Source: Massalongia carnosa (lineage: Eukaryota). Taken from it: a DNA stretch of 64,000 nucleotides. The stretch is from positions 1,302,001 to 1,366,000 of the forward strand of contig OZ287076.1 in NCBI GenBank assembly GCA_965645245.1, given 5' to 3'. Below, piece by piece: positions 49,349-62,076 of the stretch. The notes beneath the pieces are model-generated. The model made no database searches. It was not told where the DNA came from and was given only the letters and a program-made list of their open reading frames with translations. The position numbers and the translations under genes are program-made. Positions within the stretch are counted from its first letter, which is position 1. Each line of letters starts with the position of its first letter.

Positions 49349-50927
49349 TAGACGGACCTGTCGGCCGGCCGGCAGGAGTCACGAGATAGCGCGGAAAACT
49401 CTTTCGCGACCTTACTGAATGGGGACTAGAGAGCGCGTTGCTTTATAGGGAACGAGTCCGACTTTTCGAGTCTTTCTTTCCTCTTTATCTTTATTGTTTT
49501 CGTTCATGGCGTCCCTATGACTAGCCTCTAGGTAGACCGTAACATTACAATAAAGATCATACTTCAAACTACTATCCCATGTGAAGGATATAAAAGAATT
49601 CACCTGACAAACAAGATATTGATACCGACACCGGGAATCAGACATCGAAGAGAGACGACCACCGAAACTGAACCCAAGATACTAGACACCGATAATCAGA
49701 CATCAGCCTATAGCATGGCACGATCAACTGGGACCAAGGTCCCAAGACACCGAGACTCGATAATTCCCGAGACTAGAGAGACAGAGGACGAACTAGAGGT
49801 AACGGAGCCTCTGATGATTGTAAACCTCAGACAGCTGAAGGCATGGATGGAGCATGACCCTCAGGCCGTGTCCGACATGCTCCAAAACCTTAAGGAATCA
49901 TACAACGACTCCGTGGAACGAGGCAACCGAGCCATTGACATGGCCGAAGGATCTCAGACCAGAATGAACCAGCTGGAGGGCGTGGTGTCCTACCAGAAAG
50001 AAGAAATCAGAGAATTACAAGGCCGGCCCCCCGGGGCCAGCACGGAATCGAGCAGAAGCGAGAGTCTTCCCGTAGCAGTCGTCGCAGCGACGACAGTAGG
50101 AAGAGATCGATGAAACTGCCTGACCCGCCCATCTTCACCGACGGAAAGGAAATCTCCATAGACCACTGGCTGACAAAGATGCGGAGTAAACTAGCAGCCA
50201 ATGATGACCATATGCCGTCGGAACTGCTTAAGAAGGCATACGTGGAGAACCGGGTAGGAGGAGAGGCAATGGGACACCTGGAACCCCGACTTCGGAAAGG
50301 TGCGATGAAGCCCTTTCTGACGGCCGAGGAAATGTTTGATCAATTGGAACGCACATACGGCGACCCCAATCGAAAACAAACTGTGATGAACGACTTTCGA
50401 GCTCTTCGTCAAGGAAGCAAGGACTTCAACACCTTTTGGGCTGAGTTTCAGCGTCTGGCAGCTGAGCTAGACCATAACGAGGCTACGCTAATTACTGAGT
50501 TGAGGCACAAGCTTTCTTGGTGAATGAATCGGCAATTGGCCACCGGTGCCGAGGCACCAACCGATCTGTATGAGTTCGCGCACAAGTGTCAGCGCTTGTA
50601 TCAAGACCTCAAGGAATCGGACCGAAGCAGGGCCAATATGGATCGTTATGCGGAAAGTAAATGGCCCAACACCACTGCCTCGACTTTTAGCGCCCCGACC
50701 ACGACGACGACAGCCTCCACCATCAAGACATATATCCCTCCCCATCCCGCCATCACGACCACGACCCCCAGGCCCTCTTCTTACATGACGGATGAAGAAA
50801 AGGAACGATTGAGCAGGGAAGGTCGTTGTTTCTTTTGCAAGGAGCATGGACATTTGTCCAGAGATTGTGAGCTGAAGAAGAAGAGCCGGCCAGCGAAAGT
50901 GCAGGAAATCGCTGAGATTGCGGACTT

Positions 50928-50966
50928 GGGAAAAGAGTGACCTTCATCAAAGACACAGATGAAGGT
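50928..50966 (+). promoter_or_regulatory. Putative -1 programmed ribosomal frameshift signal (gag-pol)
   Basis: G GGA AAA slippery heptamer in the gag frame just before the gag stop, then a 9-bp stem ACCTTCATC/GATGAAGGT 5 nt downstream. Confidence 0.75.
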
Positions 50967-53477
50967 GAACCAGTGTTGATTTCGTCAAGCTGTTTACCCG
51001 GTGATTTGTTCACCGACGAACCCTGGTCATACAATGTAGACTGGGCAATAGCGAAGAAATAAAAGTGATGGGTCTATTGGACACAGGTGCCACTGGGCAC
51101 GCTTTTATTGATGAATCAACAGCGCGTGAAGTTTGTGAAAAGCTTCAGATCTCCCCTCAAAAACTGACCAGACCAAAACCAGTAAAAGGTTTTGACGGTA
51201 AACGAGGCAAAGACATTACTCATGCCATCTACCCTATCCTGACCGTACAAAGCCATAAGGAAACTATAGCTCCTCTTCTAATCACGCAGCTGGGGCAACA
51301 CAAGATGATTCTGGGAAAACCCTGGATGAGAAAGCATGGAGTGATTATTGACATGGCCACAGACCAAATAACTTTCTGGCCAGGTCATTGTTCCCATTCT
51401 GGAGCCCCTCAGCTGCCCAAGGAGGAAAAGATGATGAAGGAGTCCGAAGCGGCTAGAACGACCATGAAAATACTGAAACGACCCGAAGAGGCAAGAACGA
51501 ATACGAAGGAATCAGAGAAAACTAGTCCAGAACAGCTCAGTTCGTCAGAGGTATTATCTAACAAAGCTGACGTTGGACTATCAGAAAGACTATCAGGCTC
51601 TGGAACCGAGGATAAGCCGACTCTCGAAGATAAACCGATAGAAATGGCGATGATAGGGGCTGCTGCGTACCGACTGCTGTCTAGACAAAAGAATGTCGAG
51701 TTGTTCTCCATCTCCTTGAAAGACATCGAGTATCAACTGAGCAAGGAAGACCGCCCGCCAACTGATCCAAAAACGATAGTTCCCCCCGAGTACCACGAAT
51801 TCCTGGATGTCTTCTCCAAGGCCGCATCCGATACTCTGGCACCTCATCGAACCCATGATCACAGAATCGTTCTGGAAGGAGACAAAGATCACGGGCATAG
51901 TCCGCTTCGGAGCATATCGCAGAAGGAATTGGAGTTCGTCAAGAAATATCTTGAGGACAACCTTCAAAAGGGCTTCATTGAGGCGAGTCATGCTGCGTGC
52001 GCTTCCCCTATTCTGTTAGCCAAGAAGCCAAACGGAGGCCTTCGTTTTCTGTGTCGATTATCGGAGGCTGAATCAGTTATCGAAGAAAGATCGCTACCCC
52101 ATTCCCCTGATAGAAGAAACCCTGGCACAGCTGAAAGAGGCTAAGCTCTTCTCCAAGATTGACATTCGGCAAGCGTTTCACAAGCTCAGGATGGCCATAG
52201 AATCCGAAGATCTGACCACGTTCAACTCTCGTTTTGGTGCCTATAAATATAAGGTACTACCATTCGGACTTTCTGGCGGACCAGCTTCCTGGCAGCACTA
52301 CATTAACGATGTGTTATTCGATTATCTATAAAATTTCTGCACGGCTTACCTAGACGACATCCTCATTTACAGCAAGAATCTGAAGGAACATCGGGAGCAC
52401 GTCCGGGCCGTTCTAATCAAACTTCGAGAAGCGGGACTGCAAGCAGACGTTGACAAATGCGAATTTCATGTGACGGAAACCAAGTACTTGGGACTGATCA
52501 TTAGCGTCGATGGCATTCGCATGGACCCAGCTAAAGTCAAGGCCATTCAGGAATGGGAAATCCCAACTTGCCTACGTGAGGTCAGGTCGTTTATTGGTTT
52601 TTGCAACTTCTACCGACGATTCATTAGAGGTTTCTCGAAGATCGCCAAATCCTTGAACGCACTGACGAAGAAAGAACGTATCTTTGAATAGACTTCAGCA
52701 TGTGAAAAGGCATTTCGGACTCTGCAGAAACGAATTGGCGAATCCCCAATTCTGATACACTTCGATCGAGACAAGCAGTGTTACTTGGAAACGGACTCTT
52801 CGGACCACGTCAATGGTGGCGTGCTTTCACAAATAGGGGATGACGGCGAGCTTCACCCAGTTGCGTTCTTCTCCAAGAACATGAGCCCTGCTGAGTGCAA
52901 CTACGAAATCTACGACAAGGAACTGCTGGCGATCATCCGCTGCTTTGAACAATGGAAACCGGAACTGGAAGGCACCGATTTACCAGTGAAGATCTTCACT
53001 GATCATCGAAGTCTAGAGTATTTCATGTTTACCAAAAGCTGAGCAGAAGACAGGCTCGCTGGGCGGAGTTCCTCTCGGAGTTCAATTTCGTCATCACATA
53101 TCGCCCGGGCAAGAAAAACGAAAAGGCAGACTCTCTGACCCGAAGACACAACGACAAAACTCAAAACGAGGAAGACGAACGACAACAGCATCAGCTTCAA
53201 ACTCTGTTGCCTCCGGAAAGACTGGAACTACAGCCCATCGAAGAAGCTACGGAACCGAATGAAACCGCCACCGACCCCGCCCCACATACTTTGGACGAAA
53301 AGGTAAAACGAGAAAACCTCAAAGATGAACTCTGCACAAAGATCAGAAAAGCGATGGAAGACGACACCCCCTCGGACAACACCCTGCCAACCATAAAAAA
53401 TTGTACGATAAAAGATGGACTGCTATATGAGCGAGAACGCTTATGGGTCCCGGACAACAAAGGTACAATTCTCGAAG

Positions 53478-54069
53478 GGCCTGCTGGGTCAGAAACCTCT
53501 ACGTGGTGCAGGCTATCAACACCTCCTCGGAGGTGGCCAATAATCTGATCATCGCCAACGCGGAAGTCCACCTCGGTGGCCATTTGAACGATCAACGTCT
53601 CTACTGATCATTCGTCACCTCGAAGGCACACATACAAAGCCCATTCATTCGGAATGGCCACACCCCTCAGGCGGAAGCCTTTCACCTCATCGAAAAAGCC
53701 CATTCATTTAGAATGGCCACACTTACACACCTTCATTTATACGACACCACGATCTGCCCTCGATCACGGCCAGTCTTTTCTCCATTGAATCAAAACCTTT
53801 AAAGAGAGAGAACGTTCGTCGAACGTGTGGAAATACACTGTCTAGTTCATCGAGTCTATAGGATTCCTAGCGCTTGAAGATCTGGGTGTATGCACCGCGT
53901 GGTAGAAGGACGGTCTCGTTGCGTTCGACATGGAACAAGGGAGTGGTTTGACCCTGGGGGCCAGGTTTCCACTTCCTGACTGTTGTTTATGTACATAAAT
54001 AGCAGTCACAGCGTCATATCCTTAGGATGCATACGCTTAATGAATTAATAATAATAAAATAAATAAAAA
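53478..54069 (+). mobile_element. Non-LTR retroposon insert (5'-truncated LINE 3' end or SINE-like), 592 bp
   Basis: 13-bp TSD ACAATTCTCGAAG (53465-77, 54070-82), (TAA)n/A-rich tail, no recognisable coding domain. Confidence 0.85.
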
Positions 54070-54890
54070 ACAATTCTCGAAGTCGTACGGCAGATTCATG
54101 ATCAAATAGCGGTAGGGCACCCCGGAATAGCCAGGACCATTCAAACGATCTCCCGGAATTATTACTGGCCGAACATGGGCAAAGACGTTAGTCGTTACGT
54201 TCGCAGCTGTCACGTTTGCAGACGGGCAAAAGCACCTAGGATAAATACAACGGGCTACTGAAACCCTTGCCCATACCCGACAAGCCATGGTCTGACATCA
54301 CCCTCGACTATGTGACAGGACTCGCCAAAAGCAAAGGACAGTACGACGCCATCCTGATGGTAGTGGACCGGATGTCAAAGGAAAGGCACTACATTCCATG
54401 CACATGTAGCGACGAAGGAACGATCGCCGAGGCCACAGCGAAGCTACTCATCGACAATGTCTGGCGCCATCAAGGACTTCCGAACAGCATGCTTTCTGAT
54501 CGAGGACCCCAGTTCGTGTCAGCGGTATGGAAGGCCTGGTGCAAAATTCTTGGGATCACAGCGAAACTGTCGACCGCTTATCACCCCGAAACCGATTGAC
54601 AAAGCGAAATAGCAAATCAGGAAATGGAACGTCACCTACGGAGTTTCACAAATTACAACCAGGATGACTGGGTGGACCTGCTTCCGATGGCCGAATTCGC
54701 GGCAAACAGTGCACCGTCGGCCACCACTGGAGTGTCACCGTTCATGGCTACCAAAGGATACGAACCCCGAATAAGTTTCGATCTGGTCGAGCTGTCTGCT
54801 TCTTCCACCAGAGAAAGGTTGGCCAACGCCAAAGCTAGGGCCATCACGGACGACATGCAAAAAGTCTGGAACTTCGTCAAACAAAACATG

Positions 54891-57800
54891 TGTCAAATGT
54901 CAGCATTAACCAACATTGGTCAACGGGCCCGTCACATGCCCGTCACATGATATTGCCACCGCGGCACAGGTAAAATTCTTCATCCCCCACATTCTTTCTT
55001 CCTTCGGAGACATCTCTTGCTCTATCCCCTGGCGGCATACCTAGCTAGAAAATCATTTATAGATCAATGCCATTCAGTTCACCTCATCTGGTCAAGACGT
55101 AAACCATCTCAACTGATCATCAGGGCAAAAAGCCTCAGAGTTATGAGCCCGGATTCTCGCTTCTATCGTCTTGACCACTTCTTGAATCTTTAAAAAAGCC
55201 ACCTTTTGGCACTTATTCAGAAGCCATAACTTGGCACCTTCAGCATTTTTCGAAATCAGCCCTTTTTCGAAATACAATATCAGCAATGTCGGCATCGCCC
55301 AGAAAAATCGTCTTGGCTAAATCGGCCGACTGGAGAACATAGTTTTCCTTCATCCAGATAAAGGAAGAAAGTCTAGAAATTTGGGATGAGGTTAACCCGA
55401 ATGAGCCATTTAAGGAGTCGTTAAAACGGCTAGAGATACCAAATTTTCCAATCTCGGAAAATGATGATGATGAAGTTGAGGCAGGAAAGTATCAAATGCT
55501 TCAACTGAAAACTCAGCTATACAGATTAAAATTGGACGAATACAAAGTTCGAAAAGCAGCACTAACTGAGCTGACATCCAACATTCTAGAAAGTCTGTCG
55601 ACCGAATACGGCGTTTATTTGGAAGATATAAACCAAAAAAGAGGACATCCATGGAAATACTGACGGCACTGAAGCAAAGAATTGCTCCATCTGATGCCGC
55701 CCAAATTCGGGACATTGAGACCAAATACGAGAAGCTCAAAAAGGGACCAGGAAATCAAAATTTGGAGATATACATCGAGCAGGGGCAGAGGACATACACT
55801 GACGCTATCAATAATAAGCTTTTTGAGGCAGAGGGGCAACGAGCTCATCGACACTTTCTCCTGGCTATTCGGGAAAAGGAGACTAACTTTGCCGATACCA
55901 TGCTGATCAATCTAAATAGGGAGCCGGACATGGACTTCTATAAATTGCTGGAAGAATTCCGACAATTCGTCCGGTATCAAAAAGCTGAAAAAGGGGAGTC
56001 CCATTCCGCCTTTTCTGCTAATTCCAACCAGTCTTCCTCATCTAATCACGGACCCACATTTAATGGTCAGCGACCGGCTAGATCACCTTGCATTTGCGGC
56101 AAAGATCATGCCCTAGGTCATTGCTGGCACCTAGTGCCTGACCATCCCCGCCGACCGCACAATTTCAAAACGAGTCCCGAAATCCAATCCCGAATCGATG
56201 ACGCTATGAAGGATAAGGCATTCTGGGAGAAGGTAGAAAAATCTATACAAACCTGCAAAGAAAAAGCTAGGACTAGTCAGAATAATCAGGGGCAAAAGAA
56301 TCAGGATCAGAAAGGGCAGAAAAATAACACGATACCGGAGGGTGGAAATGCCACCTTTGCAGCTTTTTGCAGCACTTCCTTTTCAGCGGCAAATAGCTTA
56401 GTCATCAAGGGGTCATGGATTCTAGATAATGGATCCAATCGGCACATTTGCAATGAGACCATGAAATCGCGTATAGTAAAGACGCGAGATGCATCAAAAG
56501 ATGACTATTTGGCAGCCGGGGCCAACTACCTAAAAATAGAATTCTACGGAACCATCAGAATCAACCGTCCTGCCCCATCTGGACCATGGATAATTACATT
56601 AGTCGACGTCGCCTACGTCCCTAGATTCATGACAAATGTCGTCGCTCAGCATTTATTCAATGTAAAAGGGGTACACTTTGACGATTGGAAAATGCACCTG
56701 CATAGGGAAGGAAAGACTGTCGCATGGGTTAAACCACTAAATGGGCACTTCTTACTGGAAGACAACACTGAGGGGGTGTTCAATCAGTCATTTGCAACAG
56801 GGCAAAATTCCGCTGCAGCTAAAGAGAAAGAAAATGCCAAATCTGCACCTTCCTATTAATGGTATCAGATGTTGGCACATGCGTCAAATGACGCCATTCA
56901 GCATTTACAGGCATCAGCTGAGGGGGTGAAGATTGCTGATTCAGCAGCTGCCCCTACAATTCCCAAAACCAATGAGTGCGAAACATGCGCACTTTCAAGA
57001 ATGCACAGAATCATCTCTAGGTCAGCGGAAAATGCCGAAACGGCAGCCCTACCTTTTCATCGAATCACATACGACTTAATTCCATTGAACCCTGCCTATA
57101 ACAAAGATGAATGGGTCTCTCATTTCGCCTGCCATTGGACCAATTTTAACATGGTTTTTACTCATCCAAAGAAATCAGATGCGACGCGGATAGTAAAAGA
57201 GGCACTTAATTTGATCGAGACTAGATTCAATGGAAAAGTAGTCTTCTTTCGGACTGACGGCGAGAAATCTTTGGGAGGTGATTTTCGAGAATTACTTATA
57301 GAAAAAGGGATTACTTACGAACCAGCTGCACCTTATTCGCCGGAGCAGAATGGGCACTCAGAAAGAAAAGGGGGAATTTTGACCCCAAAAGTACGTGCTA
57401 TGCGGATGGATGCAAATCTTCCTACATTTCTTTAGCCGGAAATTTTTCGGAATACCGGCTATATAGCAAATCGGACTCCTATGGGAAAATATCAATGGAA
57501 AACGCCATACCAGATGGTCCACAAGACCCGTCCAAACTTAACACATTTACATGTTTATGGCTACAAAGCTTATGCCTTAAATAAGCAAATTTCGAAGAAG
57601 GAAAAGTTGAAAGAAAGAGCTCACATCGGACATTTGGTTGGTTATGATGCTCGCAACATTTTTCGCATTTGGATACCATCTCAACGGAAGGTAATACGGA
57701 CTAGAGACGTTATTTTCGATGACAGCACTAGATACGATCCTTATGACATAGATGTCATGCAGGTAATTTCCGAGCCAATGCTGCCATTACCAGAGACGTT

Positions 57801-58963
57801 TGAAATTCCGAATCTTCTTACTGATTTGGCGCGAATTACCGAGGTGGAATCAGATTTAGAAGATGAGATAAATCTGCATGCGGAGCAAAACCAGCAATCT
57901 ATAGAAAAAGAGCAAATGCCAGCATCTGGCAATTCCCCAAATGACTCCGCAAATGACTCCGCATCACATGACTCAGCAAAAGACAAAACATTCGAATATT
58001 TGCCATCTCCCTTACTATCTGAAGCAACCCCGCCACCTGACCCTAAACCATCTCAAAAAGAGAAGAAAGTTATTGGTCTAGAATTGGACCAGGCAAATAT
58101 CTTGCCTGAGGGGGTGAGACGGGAAAGAAAAGGCAGAAAACAGGCTTATTTCGCTGCCTTGAAAGATGCCGAAAATGGAGAAGTTATCTCCTTTCATTCC
58201 TCATTTGCAGCATTTGCAAAATCATTATTCTTTACTAAATTTTCTCAGCATCGCCTACATAGAGATTCCCTACCTGTGGAATCAAAGCAGAAGACGGTCA
58301 CCACTAGCAGTACGGAAGCGGAATTGCTCGCCATCTTATCGACAGGAAAGGAGCTCATCTGGTGGACGCGTCTTTTTCAAGAGATAAATCTAGATTTGCA
58401 GATGATGCCAAACATTCAATGCGACAATCGGCAGACAATTAGGGCACTGACGGAAAATAAACTGGTGACCAAGCTTCGCCATGTCGACATCCATAAACAT
58501 TGGCTCCGCCAAGAAATTGCAAAGGATCGTATCAAAATTCAATGGGTGCCCACTGCCACAATTCTGGCAGATGGATTGACGAAGGCATTGCCGCCTCAAA
58601 GACATGCTTCATTTGTCAAATTACTAGGCCTGAAAGGGCAACATTATAAAGATATAAAAGAAGGATGATAAAGATTATTGCAGATGATCTTCATCAAGGG
58701 GGTGTGTCAAATGTCAGCTATACTGGCATTAACCAACATTGGTCAACGGGCCCGTCACATGCCCGTCACATGACATTGCCACCGCGGCACAGGTAAAAAT
58801 TCTTCATCCCCCACATTCTTTCTTCCTTCGGAGACATCTCTTGATCTATCCCCTGGCGGCATACCTGGCTAGAAAATCATCTATAGATCAATGCCATTCA
58901 GTTCACCTCATCTGGTCAAGACGTAAACCATCTCAACTGATCATCAGGGCAAAAAGCCTCAGA
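54891..58963 (+). mobile_element. Ty1/copia retrotransposon with the reverse transcriptase deleted
   Basis: LTRs 54891-55139 and 58705-58963, TSD ACATG, PBS GTTATGAGCCC, PPT CAAGGGGGTG. Protease WILDNGSNRHICN, integrase FRTDGEK/YSPEQNGHSER, RNase H TTSSTEAELLA...LADGLTK. Confidence 0.93.
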
Positions 58964-59831
58964 ACATGGAACGAGCTCAGGAAAGGCAAAGAACAGCGGC
59001 TAACCGACACCGGACGGAAATCTCTTACGAGGAAGGAGACATGGTGTGGCTGTCAACCAAGAATATCAAGCCTGAACGGGCATGCAAGAAACTAGAGCAC
59101 AAGATGATTGGTCCCTACCGAGTCAAGAAATTGGTAGGATCATCCTGTCAACTGGAGCTTCCACCCTCAATGAAAATACACGATGTGTTCCACACCAGTT
59201 TGCTCTAGAAAGTCGCAGATGACCATCTTCCTAGCCAGATAAACGACCCACCTCCACCGGTAGTTGTCGAAGGGAATGATAAATGGGAACTAGACGACAT
59301 ATTAGACGCTCGGAAACGCTACCGGAAGATTCAGTACAAGGTCAAGTGGAAAGGAATTGACGAAGAACTGACATGGTACGATGCTGACGGCTTCGAAAAT
59401 GCAGAAGAGCTAGTGGAAGACTTTTACCAACGACACCCTAACAAACCACGATAAGAAATGGCAGTTCTAACCGCATCAAATCTCGACGATCAGAACCCGG
59501 GGATAACGCGGACGTTATCGCGGTCAGGTGACTCGCGATCTAAAGCAGGGGGTAGTGTCACGATACTTACTACCTTTTGCCTTTAGGAAATAAGCCTAAA
59601 CGAGCACTTACGGAAACCGTAGACGGACCTGTCGGCCGGCCGGCAGGAGTCACGAGATAGCGCGGAAAACTCTTTCGCGACCTTACTGAATGGGGACTAG
59701 AGAGCGCGTTGCTTTATAGGGAACGAGTCCGACTTTTCGAGTCTTTCTTTCCTCTTTATCTTTATTGTTTTCGTTCATGGCGTCCCTATGACTAGCCTCT
59801 AGGTAGACCGTAACAAATTGTAATCAATTAG

Positions 59832-60001
59832 TGTGACGGTTCGACCATGAGTGGTGCGGACAGCAGCACCTACAGCGAATATAGCAGGAGTCCCAGTTAT
59901 AGTAGAATAGAGCTTGGTCTGCGGACTAAGTATTGTGCCTTTTGGTCGGGAGGACAGGTGGCGCAATGGAAGAAATCTATTCACTATCTCGCTTCGTCAC
60001 A
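59832..60001 (+). mobile_element. Solo LTR of the TRIM family
   Basis: TGTGACGGTTCGACC...CTTCGTCACA; flanks ATTAG / TTCAG do not match. Confidence 0.9.
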
Positions 60002-60052
60002 TTCAGAATTCAGTTCAACAGATAGCTAAATTTGGAGTATCTTTACTGGAAA

Positions 60053-60443
60053 TATGCCGCTCAACGGGTTGGGTTAAACCCGTCGGGTTTGGGTCGGGTT
60101 TCGGGTCGGGTTAGACTCCCTCGAACCCGACCCGACGCGTTCGGGTTATTTATGCGGGTTTCCGGGTTAAACCGTTCAACCCGGTCAGTTTTTTCTGCGA
60201 ATAAAATATGAAAATTCGACGAAAATATAACGTTTAAACTGATAAAAATTCTGCTTACTAATTAGCCTTTCTTGATGACTAATTTTCGGAATTTTCAGAA
60301 CTTTCAAATATGTTTAAAACGTCTAAAAAACAAGTAAACGTCTAAAAAACAAGTTTAAAAATGACATAAAAAATCGACCGGGTCGGATTCGACTAGTCAA
60401 AACCCGACCCAACCCGACCCAGCCCGACCCGTTACGCGGCGTA
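60053..60443. mobile_element. Non-autonomous hAT-like element (391 bp)
   Basis: TATGCCGC.../...GCGGCGTA ends, subterminal CCCGA/TCGGG motifs, 8-bp TSD ACTGGAAA/ACTGAAAA confirmed by the empty site at ~7883-7890. Confidence 0.85.
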
Positions 60444-60502
60444 ACTGAAAATACGGAGTACCTGCATCACGTTTGCCAAGCACTTCTCTTTACCTATCCT
60501 TA

Positions 60503-62076
60503 CACGCGGATGAAAAAAAAAGCAAGGTGAGCCGAAATTCCCCTACCAAAACTTACCCTTTTCTTTCCTTTCTTCTTCCCTATCTTCTTCCCTATTCAAT
60601 ATTTCAATTCGTATGACTATTGAAAAATTCTACATATATTCTATTCAATAGCCAGTCATCGCCCCCTCAGCCCTAATTACCTCTTCCAATCGTTTAGGCA
60701 TTGATCGAACTCTTTTATTGATGAATTCCTGCGTTACCCGTTCCTCTCCATCCCTAATCAGCTGCTTCAAGTGTTATGGTCTACCTAGATCTAGTCTATA
60801 GGGACACTAGAAACGAAAAAAATCAAGATGAAGAAGAAAAGAAAAATCGAAAGACAAATCTCGCCTCTATAGTCCAGCGGCCACTAGTCCTCAACCGACT
60901 CAACCGCGGCTTGTTCCGCTTATATCAGCCTAAACTCGAGCTCGAGAGTTAGATCCGAAGTAGCTAGGTCGATAGTCTGGTACCGAAGTAGTGTCGAGTA
61001 AAACCGTGATATCAAGCATACTTTCAAACATGCTGCTTTGCTGGCTGCCAGCAATTTTCTATAGGGGAAAAATCAGGTAATAAGGCACAATTGAAATAAT
61101 GCTCTAAATGATAATCTTCCTTTCATTTCTTGACGGTATTTCTTGTCTTGCCCGTGCCATAACCAGATTTTCCATCTTCTTCAAGTCCGAAGTCATCCCT
61201 ACGCTCCAGCCAGGGCTTGACGACGGGGTCAAGAACGGATTCAATATACACCTGATGAGTTATTTTACTATTACTGTTACCCGGCACGTCATGAAATATA
61301 ATATCCGACTTGAAATTGTAGCCAATTGCAGCCCAGCACTATTTTCGTTTTCGATCTTTCTCAGGAGGCGGGTCACGATGCTGTATGCAATGCCAACGAT
61401 ATTATGTTCCGGGCTGACGAATGATTCGTAACTGTCCTTCCGGCCCATATCTAAAATGAAGCTTATCACTAAATCGTACGGGATCCTATTGCTCCGGTTT
61501 GGGATATCTGGTTAGCATTATATGAGCAAATTCGACCCGTCTTTCCATAGGTGGGTCGGGCAGCCATCCCTTGACGCAGGCTAGACATTTCTCATAATTT
61601 AGAGAATCCGACATAACATTATACATTGTACGACCGACAACGTCAGCCCCAATCTCCATAGCCAATTGTTTCCATGTATATCGTTTTCCTTCCAACTCTA
61701 GCCCCTCATCTTGTAGAATGTGATCTGCCTCCTGTATTTGTGCTCCCGTGACTTTTGATTTGCGACCGCGTGTCTCAACGAGCGTTGAATAATAATGTAT
61801 TCTTCTAGAAGATGCTCCGTATCGAATGATCTTATAGCCCTGTCTCTCGCTTCGAATGCAAAAATGCTGAAAAATCTCTCGAGGATCGATTGAAATGTCT
61901 TTTGCAAGAACAAATCTATAAGCTCCTTGCACCTTGGCCTTTTGAGGTGTATCGTAGTGGGGATGGCATTTGAAATGTTAACTAAGGAAGAAGATAGGGA
62001 AGAAAAAGGGAAAGAAAAGGGGTAAGTTTTAATGGGGGAGTTTCGGCTCACCTTTCCCTTTTTTTTCACCCGCGTG
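60503..62076 (-). mobile_element. Tc1-like transposon, degenerate, 5-bp TSD
   Basis: CACGCGG(A/G)TGAAAAAAAA inverted ends; TSD CCTTA/CCTTG (empty site CCTTG at 7937-41); [25 protein letters not shown]. Confidence 0.88.
60772..61011 (-). mobile_element. Solo LTR (240 bp), 21248/49217 family
   Basis: TGTTATGG...CCGTGATA, perfect TSD TCAAG. Confidence 0.87.

Larger units (their letters stand above)
49217..59815 (+). mobile_element. Ty3/gypsy chromovirus, full length but inactivated, with three nested inserts
   Basis: LTRs 49217-49544 and 59556-59815, perfect TSD AATTG, PPT AAAGCAGGGGGTAG. gag (CFFCKEHGHLSRDC), protease [16 protein letters not shown], RNase H ETDSSD, integrase SDRGPQF/AYHPETD, chromodomain (WELDDILD..YKVKWKG) ending ~59453. 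Confidence 0.96.
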
